Shown: positions 42,747 through 52,200 of the stretch, one piece after another | How positions within the stretch are numbered: the first letter of the stretch is position 1 | Layout: the number at the start of each line of letters is the position of its first letter | NCBI GenBank assembly: GCA_035447065.1 | Contig: DAOTGJ010000006.1 | Location: forward strand, 5,668 to 69,667 | Source: Candidatus Krumholzibacteriia bacterium | GTDB lineage: Bacteria; Krumholzibacteriota; Krumholzibacteriia; LZORAL124-64-63 | Length of the DNA: 64,000 nt | Reading direction: 5' to 3' | Program-made: the position numbers and the translations under genes | The notes under the pieces: model-generated | The model's database searches: none | Seen by the model: only the letters and a program-made list of their open reading frames with translations | Told to the model about the DNA's origin: nothing

Positions 42747-44023
42747 GGACCAGGCTGGCATGGCTGCTGGCGGCGTCGGCGGTGCTCGGAAGCCTGGTCG
42801 CTGGCTTCGTGGACCATCGTCCCCGTGCGCTGGTGGATTGGCGGAGCCTGCGTGCGGTGGCGCTGGAGAGCGATGACTGGGGCCTGCCGGGCTACGTGCC
42901 CGATGCCCACGCCTTGGACGGCGTGGACCGGGCCGCCCTGGGCGGGACCCACTTCCCGGACGTGTACTGGAACTCCACCCTCGAATCCGCGGCCGATCTG
43001 GATGCCATGGTGGCGCTCATGCGCCGTCATCATGCCCGCGACGGCCTGCCGGCCGTGTTCCAGCCCAACATGATCCTGAAGCCGCAACTCCCTGGCCTGG
43101 ACTCACCTTACCATAGGCCGGGGCTCGCGGAGGCCGAGCGCCGGGCCGTGGCTTCCGGCACCTGGCAGCCGGAGATCCACGGGGCCGATCACATCGATCC
43201 GGCGCGGCGGGACGAGGCCCTGACGGATCCTGATCCGGTTCTGGCCCAGGCGGCCTCCCGCGGCGTCCTGGTGTTCCCGCGCAGCCACACGGCCTTCGAG
43301 CTGGGCCCCCAGCGGCCCCTGGCCGACGTCCGCCGCAGCTGGGAACCCCTGCCGCGCCGTTTCGAGGATCGTTTCGGCCAGCCGGCCACGGCGGTCATCG
43401 CGCCGGACTACGTCTGGGACGGCCGCCACGAGGGGCTCTTCCGGGATCTGGGCCTGCGCATCGTCCAGGCCAAGGACCACCAGCGCCAGCTGGGCCTGGT
43501 CGGGCCGCAGCACTGGCGGGACGTGCGGCGGCTCGCCCTGCGCCTCTGGGACCGCTGGCGGGTGCGGGATCTGGTCTACCTGGATCGGAACGCCTTCTTC
43601 GAGACCGCCCACGCGGAAGACCCGCGGGCCCTGGTGCGCTCCTGCGCGGATCAGGTGCGAGGGGCCTGGCGGCGCGGGGAGCCGGCCATCGTGGAGACCC
43701 ATCGCGTGGGTTTCGTGCAGGTGGAGCCCGGCGCGGGGGCGGAGGGGCGCGCCCTGCTGGACAGCCTGCTGACGGATCTGGACGCCTCCGCGCCCCTGTA
43801 CGTGTCGGACGCCGAGCTGGCCGGTCTGGCGCGGCGCGGGATCTCCGCGGTGCGGCGGGGCCCCGTCTGGGTCCTCCGCAACCCGGGCCCGGCCCATCGC
43901 CTGGCCATTCTGCCGACGGATGGGCCTCGGGCCTCGCCGGCCCGGATCGGCGTGCCCGCCCGCACCACCCTGGTCCTGGATCGGACCTCGCTGGCCGTAC
44001 TGCAGCGGCTGCCCCTCCGTTGA
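42743..44023 (+). CDS. hypothetical membrane-anchored protein (polysaccharide-locus associated)
   Basis: It starts at GTG overlapping the upstream stop and has an N-terminal TM anchor 'LAWLLAASAVLGSLVAGF'. The 426-aa product has no recognised motif. Confidence 0.5.
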   Translation: MRTRLAWLLAASAVLGSLVAGFVDHRPRALVDWRSLRAVALESDDWGLPGYVPDAHALDGVDRAALGGTHFPDVYWNSTLESAADLDAMVALMRRHHARDGLPAVFQPNMILKPQLPGLDSPYHRPGLAEAERRAVASGTWQPEIHGADHIDPARRDEALTDPDPVLAQAASRGVLVFPRSHTAFELGPQRPLADVRRSWEPLPRRFEDRFGQPATAVIAPDYVWDGRHEGLFRDLGLRIVQAKDHQRQLGLVGPQHWRDVRRLALRLWDRWRVRDLVYLDRNAFFETAHAEDPRALVRSCADQVRGAWRRGEPAIVETHRVGFVQVEPGAGAEGRALLDSLLTDLDASAPLYVSDAELAGLARRGISAVRRGPVWVLRNPGPAHRLAILPTDGPRASPARIGVPARTTLVLDRTSLAVLQRLPLR

Positions 44024-44048
44024 CACTCTCCTCTGATTTGTAGTACCA
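44019..44048 (+). promoter_or_regulatory. sigma70-like promoter candidate TTGACA-N18-TACCAT for peptidase gene 1
   Basis: A perfect -35 overlaps the upstream stop codon. The leader downstream is homologous to that of peptidase gene 2. Confidence 0.35.
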
Positions 44049-44191
44049 TCATATGCGTTGAGGATAAGGGGGAGGACTCCCGCCTCACGCACTCAATCTG
44101 CGCGCACCTCGTGGTGACCTCGCCACCGGCCTCGGCCGGACACCTCAGAACGCAGAGGATTTCATTGCAGCGCACCGTCTCGCCCCGGTCC

Positions 44192-47100
44192 ATGCGACTC
44201 GTCCCCGTCGCCAAGAGCGGAGTCATCAAGTCCGGCATCGGCGCCTGGCTGATCGTGCTCCTCTGCGCGAGCGTCCTGCCGGCCGCGGCCGCCGACCATA
44301 CCGTCACCCTGGACCAGGCCCCGATCTGGAGCCGGGAGCTCGCCGGCACCGTGGTGCGCTGGCCCGGCCTGCCGCTCCTCGACGATCCCGACGCGCCGGC
44401 CCTGCCGTACCACGACGTGACCATCCTGCTGCCGCCGGGAGAGAGCCTGAGCGAGGTCCGGGTCCAGCCGGCGGAGGTGGCCGTGCGCCCCCTCGACGCG
44501 CCCATGGCTCCGGGGCGGCCTCCGCTCAGCGATCAGGGGGACACGGCGGCGGGCCGTACCGTTCCGGACGGAGGCGCGCCGCAGGCCTGGGGCGAGGTCC
44601 TGGGCACCAGCACCTGGCACGGCTATCAGCTGGGCCACGTGCGCATCCATCCCGTCCGTCTGCGCGAGACGGCGGACGGCCCCGTGGCCGAACACGCGCG
44701 CACGTTCCGGCTGACCACCTCCACCCGCCCCTCCACGCGGGCCAGCGTGTTGCGCCAGCGCGCCGTGCCCGGCGAGGAGCTCCGCCTGCGTTCCGTCCTG
44801 GGCCGTCACGTGCTGGGAGCCGAGCTCGCCGCCGCCTACCCGCAGGCCGCCGCCTCCGCCGCCGCCAAGACCCTGGAGGGCTACCGGCCCACCGACGCCC
44901 CGAGCCTGGACGGCTCGGACGTGCGCTTCGTGATCGTGACCACCGAAGCCCTGCGCCCGGCCTTCGAGCCGCTGGCCGAGTACCGCTGCGCCCAGGGCGT
45001 GCCCACGGTGGTGCGCACCCTGGAGTGGATCCTGGCCAACACCCTGCCCGAGGCCGACCCCCAGGCCACCCTGCGCTCGTTCCTGGCCGACGCCTACACG
45101 CGCTGGGGCGTGCGCTACGCCCTTCTGGGCGGCGACGTGGGCGTGATCCCCACGCGGATGATCTTCAACACCTACTACCCGTCCCAGAAGGGGTCGGACA
45201 TCCCGGTGGACCTGTACTACGGGGGGCTGGACGGCGACTGGAACGCCGACCGCGACGAGAACCTGGGCGAGCCCTACCTCAACGGCTTCGATCAGGGCGA
45301 CGACGCCGATCTGGTGCCGGAGATCCACGTGGGCCGCGCGCCGGTCACGAGCCTGGCCCAGGCCCAGACCTTCGTGGGCAAGATCCTGGCCTACGAGCGC
45401 GACCACGCCGGCGCGTACCAGGGCCGCGCCCTCTTCCTCAGCGAGGTCCTGTTCCCCAGCGACTACTCGCCGGGCGACGAGATCTACGACGACGGCGCCG
45501 CCTACAGCGAGGCCATCATCGCCGACGCCCTCGCCGGCCGCGACTTCGCCTACGACCGCCACTACGAGACCAGCCCCCTCTGGCCCGGCTCCGTGCCCGA
45601 GACGCGCAGCGGCGTCATCGGCGCCCTGAACAGCGGCCAGTACGGCATCGTGAACCACATCGGTCACGGCTACTTCTACAACATGTCCGTGGGGGCCGAG
45701 ACCCTGAACACGAAGGACGCGGAGGCCCTCCACAACGGCGACCAGCTCTTCGTGCTGAACAACCTGAACTGCGCCTCGGCGGCCATCGACTACAACTCCA
45801 TCATGGAGCGCTTCGTGACCAACGCCGACGGCGGCGCCGTGGCCGCCGTGGGCTCGAGCCGCGCCGCGTTCCCCTCCACCGCCTCGGGCTACCAGGCCAA
45901 CTTCTTCGACGGGATCTTCGTGCAGGGGCTGCGCACCCTGGGCGAGGCCGTGAACGCCATGCGCACGCCGTACGACGGCCAGACCTTCCAGAACACCGTG
46001 CAACGGTGGACCCACATGACGCTGGTGCTGGTGGGCGATCCCACGCTGCGCCTCTACGGCGCCGCGCCGACGGACCTGGCCGTGGCCGCGCCGGCCGCCC
46101 TCTCGCCGGGCCGGCAGGACGTGACCGTGGACGTGACCCGCGGCGGCGCGCCAGTGGCCGGCGCCGCCGTCTGCTTCTGGAAGGACGGCGACGACTACCG
46201 CACCGCGCTGACCGACGCCGCCGGCCGCGTCGTGGCCCCGGTGCACCTGCGCGGCGCCGGCACGCTGCGCATCACGGCCACCGCCGCCGACAGCCCGCCC
46301 CTGGAGATCGTCGTGCCCGTGGACGCGGGCCTGACGGCGTATCCCGCGCTGGCGGGCCTGACGGTGGTGGACGACGGCAGCCTGGGCACCCTGGGCAACG
46401 GCGACGGCGTGCCGGGCGCGGGCGAGACCGTGGCCCTGCTCACCGACTGGACCAACGCCGGCGGCGCCGACGCGGCCGCCGCGGGCACGCTCGCCCTGAG
46501 CTGCGACGATCCCCTCGTGAACGTCCTGACCGCCGGCGTGGATCTGCCGGCGCTGGCCGCGGGCGCCACCGGCGCGGCCGCGGCGCCCGTCCTGCTCCAG
46601 CTCGCCGCCACCATCCCCGACCGTTCCGAGTTCAGGCTCGACTTCACGGCGGCGTGGCAGAGCGGTCCCGTGGCGCAGCCCAGCATGCTCGAGGTCGTGG
46701 CTCCGCGCATGGAGCCGGGCCAGATGGCTTTCAACGACTACCCGCACGGCGACGGCGACGGCCTCATGGAGCCGGGCGAGCTGGTGCGACTCAAGCTCAG
46801 CCTCCTGAACACCGGCTGGGGCCTGGCCACCGGGCTGGTGGGCTGGATCGATCCGTCGGACCCCAACATCACCGTGGTCCAGGGCATCGGCACGTGGCCC
46901 CAGGCCGGGCGCAACCAGGAGGTGGAGCAGGAGCAGGAGTTCCTCCTCTCCATGGCCGCGGTGAACGGCACCGTGGAAGCCGTGCTGCACCTGGCGGATT
47001 CGCTGGGCCAGACCTGGGAGCACCGCTTCTCGCTGAACCGGCCGGCCACCCCGGTGATCTCCGAGGTGGAGTCCAGCAGCGTGGGGGAGATCCTGCTGGT

Positions 47101-48982
47101 GTGGGATCCCAACGCCGAGGCCGACCTGCTGGGCTACCACGTGCAGCGCGCGGCGTCGTCCAGCGGCCCGTACGAGCGGCTGACCCTGCGCCCCATCACC
47201 GGCGGCGCCTTCTTCCGCGACATCGGGCTGGATCCCCTGACGCGCTACTTCTACAAGGTCGCGGCCGTGGACTCGTCGCGGTTCGTGTCGGCCTACTCGC
47301 TCCCCATCTCCGTGAGCACGCCGCCCGCGGAGCAGACCGGCTTCCCCATCACCATGCCGGTGGAGACCTCCAGCCACATCGCCGTGGGCGACGTGAACGG
47401 CGACGGCGCCCTGGAGGTGGTCACCGCGGCGGAGGCCATCTACGTGTGGACGGCCGACGGCAACGAGCTGCTGGACGGCGACAACGATCCCACCACCCTG
47501 GGCCCCTTCGTGGACAACGGGGAGACCTGGACGCCCGCGGGCATCGTGCTGGCGGACATCACCGACGATCCCGGCCTGGAGATCGTGGCCTCGTGCCGCT
47601 CCACCAACGCCATCTACGTGTTCGAGTCCGACGGCGCGGTGGCGCCGGGCTGGCCGCGCACCATGAACAACTGGAACTGGGCCACGCCCTGCGCCGGGGA
47701 CATCGACGGCGACGGCCTGGCGGAGGTGGTGGTGAACACCATCCGCAACCGCACCTACGCCTGGAACCACGACGGCACGGAGGTGCTCGACGGCGACGGC
47801 GACCCCGCCACCGACGGCGTGTTCCACGAGCGCGTGAACGAGTGGTACTCCTTCGCCACGCCGTCGCTGGCGGACCTGGACGGCGACGGCGCGGCGGAGG
47901 TCATCTTCGGCACGCGCAGCAGCGACACGGCCCCGGACGAGCTGCTGGCCCTGCGCGCCGACGGCACCCAGCCCGCCGGCTGGCCGGTGCTGCTGGGGAT
48001 CTACGGCGAGGCCATGGATTCGCCGGCGGTGGGCGACTGGGACCGCGACGGCGACGTGGAGATCGTGCTCATCACGGAGGACGACAAGCTCCACGTCCTG
48101 GACCGCACCGGCGCCCACGAGCCCGGGTTCCCCATCGCGTTCATCGCCGACAACAACGGCGTGGGCCAGAGCTGCCCCTCGCCGGCCCTGGGCGACATGG
48201 ACGGCGACGGTCTGCTGGAGATCGTGGCCGTGGCCGTGGACGACGCCACCCATGCCATGATCCACGTCATCGGCCGCGACGGCCTGGACCTGCCCGGCTG
48301 GCCCAAGGCCGTGGGCGGCAGCTCGGAGAGCTCGCCCATCCTGGGCGACGTGACCGGCGACGGCCTGCCCGACGTGATCTACGGCATCGGCGGCGCCAGC
48401 GACTCCCAGGAGAACCTCCTCTACGCCTTCCGCAACGACGGCGCCACGATCCCGGGCTTCCCGCTCTCGCTGTCGGGACCCGTGCGCGCCACGCCCACCC
48501 TGACGGACCTGAACGGCGACGGCGACGTGGACCTGGTCTACGCCGGCTGGGACCTCGCGGTGCACGTCTGGGATTTCCCGGCCCCGTGGAACGAGGCCGC
48601 CGCGGCCTGGCCCACCTTCCACGGCGACGTGCAGCGCCGCGGCGTGACGGCGGACCTGACGATCTCCGCGGTGGCGGAGCCGTCGCCGCTGCTGCCGCAG
48701 GCGCTCGTGCTCGAGCCCTGCGCGCCCAACCCCTTCAATCCGGCCACGACGATCCGCTTCGCGCTGCCGGCCGACGTGCGCGGCCGCACGCGCCTGCGCG
48801 TGTTCGATCTCCAGGGCCGCCTGGTGCGCACGCTGGTGGACGGAGTGCTGCCCGCGGGCTTCCACGAGGTGGCGTGGCGGGGCCGCGACGACCGGGACCG
48901 CGCCGTGGGCAGCGGCGTGTACCTCTATCGCCTCGAGGCCGGCGGCGTGGCCGCCCAGGGGCGCATGACCCTGGTCAAGTAG
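44192..48982 (+). CDS. secreted multidomain C25 (gingipain-like) cysteine peptidase with FN3/Ig domains, FG-GAP repeats and T9SS-type C-terminal sorting domain (paralog 1)
   Basis: The signal peptide is 'MRLVPVAKSGVIKSGIGAWLIVLLCASVLPAAAA'. It has 'VRFVIVTTEALRPAFEPLAEYR', the dyad 'HIGHGYF' plus 'NNLNCASAAID', repeated 'GDVNGDGALEVV', 'DIDGDGLAEVV' and 'DLNGDGDVDLVYAG', and a C-terminus 'NPFNPATTIRFALP...SGVYLYRLEAG...RMTLVK'. Confidence 0.85.
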   Translation: MRLVPVAKSGVIKSGIGAWLIVLLCASVLPAAAADHTVTLDQAPIWSRELAGTVVRWPGLPLLDDPDAPALPYHDVTILLPPGESLSEVRVQPAEVAVRPLDAPMAPGRPPLSDQGDTAAGRTVPDGGAPQAWGEVLGTSTWHGYQLGHVRIHPVRLRETADGPVAEHARTFRLTTSTRPSTRASVLRQRAVPGEELRLRSVLGRHVLGAELAAAYPQAAASAAAKTLEGYRPTDAPSLDGSDVRFVIVTTEALRPAFEPLAEYRCAQGVPTVVRTLEWILANTLPEADPQATLRSFLADAYTRWGVRYALLGGDVGVIPTRMIFNTYYPSQKGSDIPVDLYYGGLDGDWNADRDENLGEPYLNGFDQGDDADLVPEIHVGRAPVTSLAQAQTFVGKILAYERDHAGAYQGRALFLSEVLFPSDYSPGDEIYDDGAAYSEAIIADALAGRDFAYDRHYETSPLWPGSVPETRSGVIGALNSGQYGIVNHIGHGYFYNMSVGAETLNTKDAEALHNGDQLFVLNNLNCASAAIDYNSIMERFVTNADGGAVAAVGSSRAAFPSTASGYQANFFDGIFVQGLRTLGEAVNAMRTPYDGQTFQNTVQRWTHMTLVLVGDPTLRLYGAAPTDLAVAAPAALSPGRQDVTVDVTRGGAPVAGAAVCFWKDGDDYRTALTDAAGRVVAPVHLRGAGTLRITATAADSPPLEIVVPVDAGLTAYPALAGLTVVDDGSLGTLGNGDGVPGAGETVALLTDWTNAGGADAAAAGTLALSCDDPLVNVLTAGVDLPALAAGATGAAAAPVLLQLAATIPDRSEFRLDFTAAWQSGPVAQPSMLEVVAPRMEPGQMAFNDYPHGDGDGLMEPGELVRLKLSLLNTGWGLATGLVGWIDPSDPNITVVQGIGTWPQAGRNQEVEQEQEFLLSMAAVNGTVEAVLHLADSLGQTWEHRFSLNRPATPVISEVESSSVGEILLVWDPNAEADLLGYHVQRAASSSGPYERLTLRPITGGAFFRDIGLDPLTRYFYKVAAVDSSRFVSAYSLPISVSTPPAEQTGFPITMPVETSSHIAVGDVNGDGALEVVTAAEAIYVWTADGNELLDGDNDPTTLGPFVDNGETWTPAGIVLADITDDPGLEIVASCRSTNAIYVFESDGAVAPGWPRTMNNWNWATPCAGDIDGDGLAEVVVNTIRNRTYAWNHDGTEVLDGDGDPATDGVFHERVNEWYSFATPSLADLDGDGAAEVIFGTRSSDTAPDELLALRADGTQPAGWPVLLGIYGEAMDSPAVGDWDRDGDVEIVLITEDDKLHVLDRTGAHEPGFPIAFIADNNGVGQSCPSPALGDMDGDGLLEIVAVAVDDATHAMIHVIGRDGLDLPGWPKAVGGSSESSPILGDVTGDGLPDVIYGIGGASDSQENLLYAFRNDGATIPGFPLSLSGPVRATPTLTDLNGDGDVDLVYAGWDLAVHVWDFPAPWNEAAAAWPTFHGDVQRRGVTADLTISAVAEPSPLLPQALVLEPCAPNPFNPATTIRFALPADVRGRTRLRVFDLQGRLVRTLVDGVLPAGFHEVAWRGRDDRDRAVGSGVYLYRLEAGGVAAQGRMTLVK

Positions 48983-48998
48983 GGGAGTTCCACCCCCC

Positions 48999-49027
48999 TT
49001 GCAACGGGCCGGCGGTTCTGGTATCAT
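48999..49027 (+). promoter_or_regulatory. sigma70-like promoter TTGCAA-N17-TATCAT for peptidase gene 2
   Basis: It has good -35 and -10 elements with 17-bp spacing, 16 nt after the gene 1 stop. A leader of about 240 nt follows. Confidence 0.4.
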
Positions 49028-49271
49028 GCTGATTCGCCCTGGAGGGAGGGCGGCCCGCCTCAGAGTCTCACCGCGTTTTCACTTGCCGGAAGGAGCGGCC
49101 GGGAAGCAGGTTAAAGCGTCTGACGGGACCGCGAAGCGGCCCCTGATTCCAGCTAGCGTACCCGGTTCGACGCCCTTGGTTCGCACGCGAACCGATCCGA
49201 GTCCGAAACGACCACGATAGACACCATTCCGCCAGGCCCGGCCGTCCGGGCCGATGACACGGGAGTGACCT

Positions 49272-52200
49272 ATGGTCCGCGATCGTCTCCGTTCGAAGCC
49301 TCGGGCGCGGCTGGCCGCGCTCGCCTGCATTGCGATCACCCTCCTCCTCGCCGCCGGCGTCGCCGCCGCGGCCGAGCGCGTCCTGCACCACGGCGTACTG
49401 GACGCCGACAAGCTCGTCTGGGAGTCCACCGCGGCCGGCAGCGTGCCGCGCTTCGGCGATGCTCCCATCTACCTGCAGGACGGGGTGCCCCAGGTGCCCA
49501 GCCTGTCGGTGACCGTGCTTGTGCCCGCCGACGCCGCCCTGGGCGACGTGACGGTGGTGCCCCTGCGCACCCGCCTCGTGGACGCGCCGTCGGCCCTGGC
49601 CTACGGCCGGCCGCTGATCAGCAGCGAGGGGGTGGCCGCCACCCAGGATCTCGTGTCCGCGTCCCGCGACCGCTTCCCCGACGCCTGGGGCCTGGACGGC
49701 GGCGATTCCTACCGCCGCGGCTACCGCCTCCAGAGCGTCACCGTGTTCCCCGTGCGCGCCGTCCGCGGCGCCGACGGGGTCTGGTCCGGCGTCGAGGTGC
49801 TGGAGGAGTTCGAGATCCGCACCGCCGGCACCGAGCCCGCGCCGCGGCCGGAGGACCGGGCGGTGCGCCGCCTGCTGGTGCCCGGCGAGCGCGAGCGCCT
49901 GGAGAGGGAGCTGGCGTCCGCGGTAGTCAACCCCGGCGCCCTCGGCGGCTACGCCCGCGAGGACGGCGTCCCCGCCGCGGATCTGCCCGGCGACAAGACC
50001 ATGAACCTGGGCGATTCCCCCTACGCCTACCTGATCATCACCTCCGAGGCCCTGGCGCCGGCGTTCGAGCCCCTGGCCGCGCACCGCACCGCCGGCGGCC
50101 TGCGCGCCACCGTCAAGACGCTGGAGTGGATCGAGGCCAACTACCGCCACGGCGCGGATCTCCAGGAGACCGTCCGCGGCTTCATCCGCGAGGCCTACGA
50201 GCGCTGGGGCGTGGAGTACGTGCTGCTGGGCGGCGACACCGACGTCATCCCGGCCCGCTACGCCCTGAGCAACTTCTACCCGCCCACGCAGACCACGGAC
50301 ATCCCCGCGGACATCTACTACGCGTGCCTGGACGGCAACTGGAACGCGGACGGCGACCCGTACTTCGGCGAGGCCGGCAGCTCCACGATCCCCGCCGACG
50401 ACGCCGACATGGCCGCGGAGGTCTTCCTGGGCCGCGCGCCGGTCAGCACGCCGGCGGAGGCCCAGAACTTCGTGACCAAGGTGGTGGACTACGAGCTCGG
50501 CACGGGCGGCGTCCACTACCCCAACAAGCTGCTGCTCGCCGCGGAGGTGCTCTTCCGCTCCGAGGCCGGCGACATCACGCTGGACGGGGCGTCCTTCGCC
50601 GAGGAGATCTACCTGGAGCTCGTGCAGCCCAACACCACCATGGACGTGGTGCGCATGTACGAGTCGTACAACGAGACCGACGAGTTCGGCGCGCCCCTGT
50701 ACCCCGGCTCCGTGCGCGAGACGCGGGCCGCGGTCATCGACACGCTGGACACCGGCACCTTCGGGATCTTCGTGCAGATCGGCCACGGCTTCTTCTTCAA
50801 CATGTCCATGGCCGATGCCGACATGACCGTGGGCGACGCCGACGGCCTGGTCAACGCGGACCGTCCGTTCCTGCTCTACGGGCTGAACTGCGCCAGCTGC
50901 GCCTTCGACTACAGCTGCCTCATGGAGCGGTTCGTGCAGAACCCCACCGGCGGCGCCATCGCGTCCATCGGCGCCTCCCGCGCGGCGTTCCCGTACACGT
51001 CCAACGACTTCCAGTACGAGTTCTTCCGCCTCTACTACGAGGAGGACGTGACGCGCCTGGGCGATCTCATCGACCGCAGCAAGCTGCCCTGGCTGTCGCT
51101 GGCGTACTCCAACAGCTTCACGCGCTGGACCTTCCTCAACTACACCCTGCTGGGCGACCCCGGCATGGCCCTGTGGCGCAACCGGCCCGCGGCCGTGACC
51201 CTGGGCACCCCGGGCAGCGTGGGCGGCGGCGACCAGACCGTGAACGTGACCGTCAGCAGCGCCGGCTCGCCGGTGCAGGACGCCATCGTGACCGTGCAGG
51301 GCGGGGGCACCTACGCCACCGCGGCCACCAACGCCTCCGGCCTCGCGGCCGTGCCGGTCACCGTGAACGCCGCGGGCCCGCTGAGCGTGGACGTGCACGG
51401 GCAGGACCTGGTCTGGACCAGCCGCGACGTTCCGGTGGTCTTCGGCGGCGCCTTCGTGGGGCTCGAGGACATGACGGTGCTGGACGACGGCACCCTGGGC
51501 ACCGTCGGCAACGGCAACGGCCGCGCCGAGGCGGGGGAGACCGTGGGCTTCTGGCCCACCTTCGCCGGCGTGGGCAGCAGCGGCAGCGGCGCCGCCACCG
51601 CCACGCTCGTCACCGCCGAGACCGGCGTGACCGTGGTGGACGGCAGCGTGGGCGTGCCGGCCCTGGCCGTGGGCGCCCAGGCCCAGAGCGACGCGCCCTT
51701 CCTGGTGGCCCTGGCCGCCGACGTGGCCGACGGCCGCCGCCTGGACTTCGACCTGGCGGTGAACGACGGCGCCAAGGCCCTCTACGCCAACGCCTGGTCC
51801 ACGCTGGCCACGGCGCCCGAGGTCGAGGCCGTGGCCCTGGACTGGTACGACACCTTCTTCGGCGACGGCGACGGCGTCGTGGACGACGGCGAGCGCATCT
51901 CCGTGCGCATGACCCTGAAGAACTACGGCGGCGGCGCGGCCGACGTGGTCACGGGACGCCTGCGCACCAACTCGGCCAACGTGAACGTCATCGACTCGGT
52001 GGCCACCTACGGCCCCCTGGACCTGCTGGACTCCTCGCAGGGGAGCGGCCTGTTCAGCTTCTCGCTGACCAGCGCCGTGGCGGCCTACGACGTGCGCGTG
52101 GAGTTCACCGACAACCGCGGCCGCACGTTCAGCCATCCGTTCGCCCTGAGCGATCCCACCACCCCCCTCAACCTGGTGGCCACCGGCTCGCTGGGCCCGG

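Noticed and set aside
49150-49200. tRNA-like 'GGTTCGA' T-loop motifs in the peptidase intergenic leader
   Set aside because: No acceptor stem, anticodon arm or cloverleaf can be formed around them. They are isolated matches.
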